From Patescibacteria group bacterium (GTDB lineage Bacteria > Patescibacteriota > Patescibacteriia > Patescibacteriales > UBA12075): 64,000 nt of DNA. The stretch lies in the NCBI GenBank assembly GCA_022705905.1, contig JAKJDO010000003.1, positions 14,071 through 78,070 on the forward strand. The letters run 5' to 3'. The translations under genes were made by a program, and so were the position numbers. Positions 8,908-15,969 of the stretch are shown piece after piece (within the stretch, counting starts at the first letter, position 1; each line of letters starts with the position of its first letter). The notes under the pieces are model-generated. The model made no database searches and was not told the DNA's origin. It saw nothing but the letters and a program-made list of their open reading frames with translations.

Positions 8908-9981
8908 TTACAGCTTTAGATTACAGTCTACTTTTAATTTTGTCCAGTTGGTCGTTTTTTTATTCTTAGCCTTAAAATAACCAGCCGTGGCTATCATAGC
9001 AGCGTTGTCGGTAGTGTATTGTAATTTTGGCATTTTAAAATCTACGTTGTCTAATTTTTGTTCAACGGCATTTTGCAACTGTTTTCTCAGCTCTTTGTTA
9101 GCAGCCACTCCACCAGCGAGCATGACAGTTTTAACTTCGTATTTTTTAGCGGCTCTTATAGTCTTGCCAACAAGCACGTCAATAATAGCTTGTTGGAAGT
9201 CTTGGCTATATTCCGGAATGCGGTTGCGCCAATTTTTATCTTTTTTTAGTTGATATAATAAAGCTGTTTTTAAACCAGAAAAAGAAAAATCAAAACCAGG
9301 GGAAGTTAACATTGGCCGTGGCAGGCTAATTTTAGATTTTAGATTTTTGATTTCAGATTTGTTTGAAAATTGAAAATTAGAAATTGAAAATTTAGCTGCT
9401 TCAGCAGCTACAGCTGGTCCGCCTGGATAACCGATATCCATAAGTTTGGCGGCTTTATCAAAAGCTTCACCAGCCGCATCATCACGCGTATCGCCGATAG
9501 TTTGAAACTTACCATGCGCTTTCATCAAGACTAGCATCGTATGTCCGCCAGAGACTGTTAGAATAATCGCCGGTAATTTTATATTTTGATAATTGCCAAT
9601 GAAATTAGCATAAATATGACCTTCTACGTGGTTAACCGGCGCAACCGGTAATTTCCAGACATACGCTAAAGTTTTGGCAGTTTCAACTCCGACAATTAAA
9701 GAAGTGATGAGTCCTGGCCCGATTGTTACGGCAATGGCATCTAATTTTTTTGGCGCTTCATTTCGTTTTATGCCAGCTTTTTCTAAAGCCTCGTTAACAA
9801 CTGGTAAAATATTTAAAACATGCTCGCGCGCAGCCACTTCCGGAACGACGCCGCCGTATTTTTTATGAATTTCAATTTGTGAAGAAATGACGTTAGATAA
9901 AACTTTAATTTCTTTAGTGCCGCCTTCAATGATTGATGTTGCGGTTTCATCGCAACTGGTTTCGATGCCTAGTATTTTCAT
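8908..9981 (-). CDS. tsaD: tRNA N6-adenosine threonylcarbamoyltransferase TsaD
   Basis: 357 aa. ILGIETSCDET start, HVEGH metal motif, SGGHT, and DNAAMIA near the C-terminus. It carries a ~21-aa low-complexity insert (KFSISNFQFSNKSEIKNLKSKIS). Confidence 0.92.
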   Translation of the reverse strand: MKILGIETSCDETATSIIEGGTKEIKVLSNVISSQIEIHKKYGGVVPEVAAREHVLNILPVVNEALEKAGIKRNEAPKKLDAIAVTIGPGLITSLIVGVETAKTLAYVWKLPVAPVNHVEGHIYANFIGNYQNIKLPAIILTVSGGHTMLVLMKAHGKFQTIGDTRDDAAGEAFDKAAKLMDIGYPGGPAVAAEAAKFSISNFQFSNKSEIKNLKSKISLPRPMLTSPGFDFSFSGLKTALLYQLKKDKNWRNRIPEYSQDFQQAIIDVLVGKTIRAAKKYEVKTVMLAGGVAANKELRKQLQNAVEQKLDNVDFKMPKLQYTTDNAAMIATAGYFKAKNKKTTNWTKLKVDCNLKL

Positions 9982-10046
9982 AAATGAACTTATTATTACA
10001 TTTTAATTTAAGCATGAAATTAAAAATAAATAAAGAAATGTATTTT

Positions 10047-10080
10047 TAAAATGCCTAGCATCGTTTTGCCAGGCATTTTT
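10047..10080. terminator. intrinsic terminator hairpin
   Basis: AAAATGCCT ... AGGCATTTT stem with flanking A/T runs, between the receiver gene and tsaD. Confidence 0.55.
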
Positions 10081-10103
10081 GTGTTATATAATTTTTTTGA
10101 GTT

Positions 10104-10493
10104 TTATTTTTTACGTTTAGCCAGTACCTGTTTTATTTTGGCGATTATTTCTTGTATGGGGGTGTCTGATTTAACTAAGTAGTCGTCGGCACCTAAATCT
10201 TTACCACGTTTGATGTCTATTTCCTGACTTAAATTAGACGTGATAATCACCGGAATGTCTTTTGTTTCTTCGTCTTGCTTTAATTCATACAAAGCGTCAA
10301 AACCATTTTTTTGCGGCATAATAAGATCTAGCAAGATTATGTCCGGTTTATTTTTTTTGGCTTCAGCGATAGCTTCATTGCCATTGCCGGCAACAATGAC
10401 ATCGAAGCCGTCTTTGGCTAGTTTGACTGCGAAGGCTTTAACTAGAAATTTATCATCTTCGGCCACTAAAACTTTTATATTATTTTTGGGCAT
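10104..10493 (-). CDS. stand-alone response-regulator receiver (CheY-like) protein
   Basis: 129 aa. The DD pair near the N-terminus, phospho-acceptor Asp in ILLDLIMP, and T/S and K (YLVKS) positions are conserved. No output domain. Confidence 0.9.
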   Translation of the reverse strand: MPKNNIKVLVAEDDKFLVKAFAVKLAKDGFDVIVAGNGNEAIAEAKKNKPDIILLDLIMPQKNGFDALYELKQDEETKDIPVIITSNLSQEIDIKRGKDLGADDYLVKSDTPIQEIIAKIKQVLAKRKK

Positions 10494-10528
10494 ATGTTTG
10501 TGGTTATTATTATTTTTTTAGAATATCG

Positions 10529-10915
10529 TCAATTTTTTAATGTCTCGTTTATTTTTTTGACAATATCGGTTATTTTGCAGTCGCTTTTAATCAGAAAGTC
10601 ATTTACGTCATATTTTTTTGTTTCATTGTCAGCCTCTTTATCAGCTAGATTGGTGATAATAATAACTTTAGCTTTTTTGCCCCATTCATCCGCTCGAAGT
10701 TTCTCCAGCATAGCGCCCCCATCCATAACGGGCATAAGAATATCCAAAAGAATTAAATCCGGCTTCTCGCGCAAAGCTAGATCAAAGCCCTCTTTGCCGT
10801 TATAAGCCTGAATAATTAAGTAACCTTCGTGGCTTAGCTTTTCCGTTAATACTTTTTGCAGCGGCAATTCGTCTTCAACTATTAGAATTACTTTTTTATC
10901 TTTTTCTTCTTTCAT
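10529..10915 (-). CDS. stand-alone response-regulator receiver protein
   Basis: 128 aa. VEDE, LILLDILMPVMDG, and a conserved K (FLIKS). No output domain. Confidence 0.9.
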   Translation of the reverse strand: MKEEKDKKVILIVEDELPLQKVLTEKLSHEGYLIIQAYNGKEGFDLALREKPDLILLDILMPVMDGGAMLEKLRADEWGKKAKVIIITNLADKEADNETKKYDVNDFLIKSDCKITDIVKKINETLKN

Positions 10916-10919
10916 ATAT

Positions 10920-11315
10920 TTAGTTAGTTATATATTTATTAATGTCATTGATTATCTCATCCAATCTTTTTTCTGCTTTAACATAAAATTTGACAGCGCC
11001 TAAATTCAAATAGGAGGTGATTTTGTCGTGACCGGCGGTATTGGACACGACAAAGACGGGGATATCCTTATAATTTTTGTCTCCCTTTATTTTGACTAGA
11101 AAATCCAGACCGCTTTCTTTGCCTAGAAGGTAATGATCTAGCCAGATAACATTAATTTTTTGAATATCATTAAGATAATTTAGCGCTTGTTCAACGGTAC
11201 GCGCGCTGACGGTTTCGTACCCACTTTTTTGCATTTTTATTGAAATAGCGTCGAGTAGAGGTTTTTCGTCTTCGACTATTAAGATGGTTTTTGGTTTGGT
11301 TTTTCCTTTAGTCAT
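10920..11315 (-). CDS. stand-alone response-regulator receiver protein (divergent)
   Basis: 131 aa. VEDE, VIWLDHYL acceptor region, FYVKA. No output domain. Confidence 0.85.
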   Translation of the reverse strand: MTKGKTKPKTILIVEDEKPLLDAISIKMQKSGYETVSARTVEQALNYLNDIQKINVIWLDHYLLGKESGLDFLVKIKGDKNYKDIPVFVVSNTAGHDKITSYLNLGAVKFYVKAEKRLDEIINDINKYITN

Positions 11316-11333
11316 ATTATCTTTATTAAATAT

Positions 11334-13619
11334 TTAGTTTAAAGTCTTTGTTCCTTCTTTTTTAATCATGCCCGTTAGCGGAATGAGAATATTAAACGTC
11401 GTTCCTTTGTTTTGTTCTGATGTGAAATTAATTTTTCCACCAACGTTGTCAACGATTGATTTTATGATATACAAACCTAATCCAGTGCCCTCAGTATCTG
11501 TTTCCCTGACATTATCTGCGCGAAAGAGTTTGGAAAAGATTTTGTCTTGTTGGTTAATTGGTATACCTAAGCCAGTATCGGATACCGTTATTTTTATAAA
11601 TTTGCCTTCTCGGTTTATCGCTAAATTAACCTTGCCTTTTTCAGGTGTATATTTAATAGCGTTTGATAATATATTTTGTATGATAATATTTGTCAGTTTT
11701 TTGTCTAGCATCATTTTAGGTAGATTTCTACTATAGTTTTTGCTCAATTTAATTTTTTTCTTTTTAACGTCCGGTTCCATCTGTTTGATATTTTCTTCGG
11801 CTATCATTTTGATATCAAGTAATTCTGGCTCGACCGAGAAAGTTCCCAGCTCTAATCGAGAAACATTTAATAGAGAGTTAACTAATTCTACCATCCTTTG
11901 GTTGCCATTATAAATTTCTTGAACGTACTGCTTTTGCTCTTTACTCAATTTGCCGGCATCCCCATTAATAAGCATTTCAGCATACCAGTTTATAGCCGAG
12001 AGAGGCGTGCGTAGCTGATGAGAGGCTAAAGAGACAAATTCAGTTTTAGCTTTGTCCACTTCCATTTCATGAGTAACGTCCCAAGATACCCCTATAGCCT
12101 TTATTGGATTATTGTTTTTGTTTCTAGAGATTGCTGCACAAGTTCTTATATATCGCGTTGATTTATTCGGCAGAACAGCTCTGTAAACAGTGTCAAATTT
12201 AGAACTGCTTTGTAGGGCTTTCTGAATTTCTGTTTTTACTTTAGGTTTATCTTCGGGGTAGATATTTTCTTCTGTCCATGTTCCTATTGTACCTTTTAAT
12301 TTCTTTCGTTTATTACCGAATAAATTTTCAATTTGCATATCCCAGGTAAGAATATCCCTGCTTATATCCCATTCAAAAATACCAATGCCAGCTGATTGAG
12401 TCGCCAATTTTAAACGTTCAGCTAATTTTTTTGATGTTTCCTTTTCTTTCTCTACGTCTTCTAGAATATTTAAAATAGCTTCTTGTGATTTTTTTAGTCT
12501 TTCATTTTGTCCCTCAATCTCTTCTTCTCTTTCTTTTTCAAGAGTTATGTCATGAACTACTCCTTGTATTTCTACTATTTTATTTTCTCTACGAATAGCA
12601 ACGACATTAATGTCGGTTTGGATTTTTTTTCCGTCTTTACATCTCAAGGCTACGTGTATGTGGTCGATGCTCGACCCCTGGTAAAGCCTTTCGAAAGAGT
12701 TCTTTATTTTTTGATGTTCCGAGCCGGAGGCAAACTCATCGATTTTTCTCCCCAACATCTCTTCCTGCGAAAAGCCCAGCGCTTCTTTGGCGGCAGGAGA
12801 GATATATATTATTTTACCATCAGAATTAAGACGAAAGACAACGTCTTTCATAGCTTCGGTTATAGACCTAAATCGATCTTCTCTTGATTTAATCTCCTTT
12901 TCATTTTTTATTCTTTTGTCCCGATAAACAAAAAATACAATCCAAAGTATTAAGACGAAGAGGCTTATTATTATTGGAAGAACAAGAGATTCCCAAACTT
13001 TTGCTCTCCAAAATTTAGTTTCGATATCAACCCCTAGTACCGCTAGAATCTTTCCGCTTTCCAAATCTTTAATAGGACTAAATGCTGAAATAAACTCTCC
13101 CCATTGATCTGAATAGGGGCCGATTACAACTGTTGTTTCTTTTGTAAAGACTGAGTCTAGCTCCTTCGGGTAATCTTCATAAGGTTCGCCGGGAGGAGTA
13201 TAGTCAGGAGAAGTCTCGTCAAGAGGATCGACGGCAAAAAACCATTTTTCATTTTCATTTTTTATTAAATAGATCCATTTTGCATCGAAGGTTTTCAGGG
13301 CCTTGTTTATGAGTACAAGTTGCTCCTTTAATCTTTGGTAATCTGGGTTTTTTAAATCTTCATCGTTTCCTTGGAGTGTAGTAAGTCTCTTCGGGTTAAC
13401 AGCTGCACTAGCTATATCTGAGATTTTAGCCAGTTCTTCTTTGCTGCTATATTCAGCTTCTTTTTTAACATAAACTGTTGCAGAAATTCCACCAAGAATA
13501 ATAACAAGAAGCCCCAATAAGAATATAATCTTTGAAATGTAATTCTTTTTTTGGGGAGGGGTATGTACTTGATTTTTTTCGGTACTAATCATCTTTTTTT
13601 TGTTTTTTAAATTTTTCAA
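11334..13619 (-). CDS. membrane sensor histidine kinase (ectodomain, 2 PAS, HisKA, HATPase_c)
   Basis: 761 aa. Two TM segments bracket a ~170-aa ectodomain, followed by two PAS-like modules. H-box SHQLRTPL, N-box NAIKYT, DTGLGIP, GTGLGL. The true start is possibly Met10 (nt 13592). Confidence 0.9.
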   Translation of the reverse strand: MKNLKNKKKMISTEKNQVHTPPQKKNYISKIIFLLGLLVIILGGISATVYVKKEAEYSSKEELAKISDIASAAVNPKRLTTLQGNDEDLKNPDYQRLKEQLVLINKALKTFDAKWIYLIKNENEKWFFAVDPLDETSPDYTPPGEPYEDYPKELDSVFTKETTVVIGPYSDQWGEFISAFSPIKDLESGKILAVLGVDIETKFWRAKVWESLVLPIIISLFVLILWIVFFVYRDKRIKNEKEIKSREDRFRSITEAMKDVVFRLNSDGKIIYISPAAKEALGFSQEEMLGRKIDEFASGSEHQKIKNSFERLYQGSSIDHIHVALRCKDGKKIQTDINVVAIRRENKIVEIQGVVHDITLEKEREEEIEGQNERLKKSQEAILNILEDVEKEKETSKKLAERLKLATQSAGIGIFEWDISRDILTWDMQIENLFGNKRKKLKGTIGTWTEENIYPEDKPKVKTEIQKALQSSSKFDTVYRAVLPNKSTRYIRTCAAISRNKNNNPIKAIGVSWDVTHEMEVDKAKTEFVSLASHQLRTPLSAINWYAEMLINGDAGKLSKEQKQYVQEIYNGNQRMVELVNSLLNVSRLELGTFSVEPELLDIKMIAEENIKQMEPDVKKKKIKLSKNYSRNLPKMMLDKKLTNIIIQNILSNAIKYTPEKGKVNLAINREGKFIKITVSDTGLGIPINQQDKIFSKLFRADNVRETDTEGTGLGLYIIKSIVDNVGGKINFTSEQNKGTTFNILIPLTGMIKKEGTKTLN

Positions 13620-15117
13620 TTTCCTTTTTTAATTCTATCATTTTTAGCTCCCTGCCGATCATTAGCCTGTTCATTCTGGCCAGTTCTTCAGCTCTTTCTT
13701 TTTCTAGTCTTTCATTTTTTTTACGTTCGGTTATGTCCCTAACGATACCTATGGCATGCCAGCGGTTATCTAAGTTTGCTTTGGCTACGGTCAATTCGAT
13801 ATTAAATATCTCTCCGCTTTTTCTTTTTACCTCCACTTCAATGTTTTTGCCCAAGACATCTGACTCGCCAGTCTTGCCGAAGTTCAAAATATTTTCTTTT
13901 TTTTGGTGCTCTTTTTTTACTGTGATGATATTATGTAATTCTTTATTTTTAACCTCATCTTCTTGGTAGCCAAACATTTCTTCAGCTGCTTTGTTCCATA
14001 AAACAATCCTGCCTTTTTCGTCCATCATGATAATAGCATCCTTTGCCGCCTCAGTAATAACTCTGAATTTTTCTTCACTTTCTTTAATTTCTCTAGTTAT
14101 AGTTTTAGCGATATCAACTGCTCTTTTTTGAGAAATTGACAAAGAATAAACAAACAAAAAAATAAATACTCCGGAAATAATAAAAGCAGTTAAAGCTAGC
14201 CAAGGAGCGCTTTTTTCAAATTTATTTAAACCATATTGTGTATTGCCGTAGAAATTTATTTTCCAAGTTCTACCACCCAACTCCAGCTCGTCAGATCTAA
14301 TTAAATTTTTGTTATTGGTATCGTTATACGCGTATAATAAATTATTATCATCGTAAATCGTGAAAGCAAATTCCTTGTTGTCTAACTGGCTTTCGTTTAT
14401 TATATTGTTAAAAAATCTATCTATCTTAAAAGAAGCCATCGCAAATCCTAATAAGTTATTTTGTCTTTCCTCCTGGGTCTCCGTTGGTTTATTATTTTGA
14501 AAAATTGGTAGGACAATATTGAAAACTGGAGTATTATCTGTGGCTAATAAAATTTTTGGAGATAAAATCGGCCCATTGTCTATTACGGCCCTGTTCATTG
14601 TTTCAGTTCTAATCGGATCAGAATAAGAGTTGAAACCAAGTCCGGCCAGATTTTCTTTTTCTGGGTAGCCGTAAAGGGCAACCATATATTCTCTGTCTTC
14701 AGAGGCTGGAAAAATTTGAAAATTTTTATATCCTTCAGGATTTGTACTTATATCGTTTTTAACATTATCAGAAAAAAATTCTAATTCTTCCTTTAAAACC
14801 TTGCTATGGAAGCTAACAGAGCTTATGCCCGGATAATTATTTGCCAAATCTATTGTATTGGCGTATGATTCAAACTCATTTCTTTCCACGCTTTTACTGG
14901 CTGCATATAAACCCTTAAAGCCATAGAGCATATTTGTGTCTCTGTTTATCCTTAAATTTATTAGCGCTATTATTTCAAAAGCTTGGGCGTCAAATTTAGA
15001 TCGAGATTGCCACGACATATTCTTTTGAATGTAGTAAAAGCTGACAGCTCCGCCCCCAAGAAATAAAGCCAGCAATATAAAAGGTAATATTAGATTAACA
15101 GCGTATTCTTTTTTCAT
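13585..15117 (-). CDS. CHASE-domain / PAS sensor protein without transmitter domain
   Basis: 510 aa. TM, CHASE-like ectodomain (..ERNEFESYANTIDLANNYPGISSVSF..), second TM, PAS (FRVITEAAKDAIIMMDEKGRIVLWNKAAEEMFGY), then only a coiled-coil tail. Overlaps the kinase ORF by up to 35 nt. Confidence 0.75.
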   Translation of the reverse strand: MKKEYAVNLILPFILLALFLGGGAVSFYYIQKNMSWQSRSKFDAQAFEIIALINLRINRDTNMLYGFKGLYAASKSVERNEFESYANTIDLANNYPGISSVSFHSKVLKEELEFFSDNVKNDISTNPEGYKNFQIFPASEDREYMVALYGYPEKENLAGLGFNSYSDPIRTETMNRAVIDNGPILSPKILLATDNTPVFNIVLPIFQNNKPTETQEERQNNLLGFAMASFKIDRFFNNIINESQLDNKEFAFTIYDDNNLLYAYNDTNNKNLIRSDELELGGRTWKINFYGNTQYGLNKFEKSAPWLALTAFIISGVFIFLFVYSLSISQKRAVDIAKTITREIKESEEKFRVITEAAKDAIIMMDEKGRIVLWNKAAEEMFGYQEDEVKNKELHNIITVKKEHQKKENILNFGKTGESDVLGKNIEVEVKRKSGEIFNIELTVAKANLDNRWHAIGIVRDITERKKNERLEKERAEELARMNRLMIGRELKMIELKKEIEKFKKQKKDD

Positions 15118-15158
15118 ATTGTTAAATTTTATTTTTTATTTGTATTTTTATTATAACA

Positions 15159-15184
15159 AAAATCGCCATAAAAGGCGATTTTTG
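15159..15184. terminator. hairpin with flanking A/T runs
   Basis: AAAAATCGCC-ATAAAA-GGCGATTTTT. Confidence 0.5.
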
Positions 15185-15281
15185 TAAAGAGATGTTTTGT
15201 GGTAGAATTATTCGAAAAATTGGAAAACTAATTATTGCAAGAGAGCAATCGCAGATCTTGTAATTTCATGTAAGTATTTCC

Positions 15282-15309
15282 TTGACAAAATAATAATATT
15301 TTATATAAT
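15282..15309 (+). promoter_or_regulatory. sigma70-type promoter of the 15340 mini-gene
   Basis: TTGACA (15282-87), 16-nt spacer, TATAAT (15304-09). AAGGAGG at 15327-33 lies 6 nt before the ATG. Confidence 0.6.
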
Positions 15310-15339
15310 AACGCTATCTTAAATAAAAGGAGGTCATAT

Positions 15340-15543
15340 ATGGCCGGAACTACGAGATCCAGTATCGGCGGTGGCGGAACCAGGGTAACTGATCACTATG
15401 ATGATGGTTCCAGTACGGACAGGGATTACGTCAAGGGCGATTGTGTCGCAATCACCGATCACGACCGGGATGGCAGTAGCCACACCCATGAAGTGAAGCA
15501 CGGGATTCTCGGCACCTACAAAGGAGACATCATCAAGAAGTAG
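15340..15543 (+). CDS. orphan 67-aa Asp/Gly/His-rich protein with internal duplication
   Basis: Perfect SD with its own promoter and terminators, and visibly GC-rich. Repeat VTDHYDDGSS / ITDHDRDGSS. No TM or signal peptide and no recognised family. Confidence 0.5.
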   Translation: MAGTTRSSIGGGGTRVTDHYDDGSSTDRDYVKGDCVAITDHDRDGSSHTHEVKHGILGTYKGDIIKK

Positions 15544-15573
15544 TCTCCTGCTATACCTACGGGTAAAAGCATG

Positions 15574-15637
15574 CCCCCGCTGCTTAAAGCGGGGGTTTAA
15601 TATGAGAAGAGTAAAACGTTTAGGAGACGTTTTTTTT
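15574..15637 (+). terminator. two tandem intrinsic terminators
   Basis: CCCCCGC-N8-GCGGGGG (15574-95), then AAACGT-TTAGGAG-ACGTTT followed by T8 (15614-37). Confidence 0.65.
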
Positions 15638-15774
15638 CGTAACGAGAAATTCGAAAGTTTGATGATGGTACGCGTGGCGGGACAGCTTTCGAACTTTTGA
15701 TTGGGTAACTGCCCTGCCTGTACCTGAGCTAGTATTAAAGGACATTAGGCACCTATGCTCTTTGGTATAAGTCT

Positions 15775-15951
15775 TTATTGATTGCGGGAATTTTTTTTAT
15801 TTTTTACCAGGCCGACAATACCAGTAATAGCCATTATTAATCCCAGTAACTGTCCTCCCGGGCTATCATCATATTCTCCGAATACAAACATAAATATACC
15901 AAGCAATATTAGTATAACAAAGCCTAGTATTTTGAAATATATTTTTTTCAT
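15775..15951 (-). CDS. 58-aa two-TM peptide (last gene of the membrane operon; absent from the ORF track)
   Basis: My own translation: MKKIYFKILGFVILILLGIFMFVFGEYDDSPGGQLLGLIMAITGIVGLVKNKKNSRNQ. It starts 19 nt after the stop of the 866-aa gene. Confidence 0.5.
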   Translation of the reverse strand: MKKIYFKILGFVILILLGIFMFVFGEYDDSPGGQLLGLIMAITGIVGLVKNKKNSRNQ

Positions 15952-15969
15952 ATTTGTTGTTACTTATAA

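Noticed and set aside
13585-13619. A 35-nt overlap between the CHASE-PAS ORF and the kinase ORF (and an equal 35-nt overlap at 20624-20658) as evidence of programmed frameshifting or gene fusion.
   Set aside because: No slippery heptamer is evident. The kinase has an alternative Met (13592) that reduces the overlap to 8 nt. Overlapping stop/start arrangements are common in compact operons. It is mentioned only as something to check in the sensory-operon finding.
15545-15565. Direct repeat of the tRNA-Glu 3' end that would mark the far boundary (att site) of an island comprising the membrane operon.
   Set aside because: Only a 7-nt match (CTACGGG) was found, which is expected by chance in a region this size. 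No integrase gene is present.
15640-15730. Possible pseudoknotted riboswitch-like element (TTCGAAAG...CTTTCGAA interleaved with GGCGGGACAG...CTGCCCTGCC).
   Set aside because: It lies between convergent transcription units with no downstream gene to regulate. The pairings contain mismatches on both strands, and I recognise no riboswitch family. It is most simply 3'-UTR/terminator structure.
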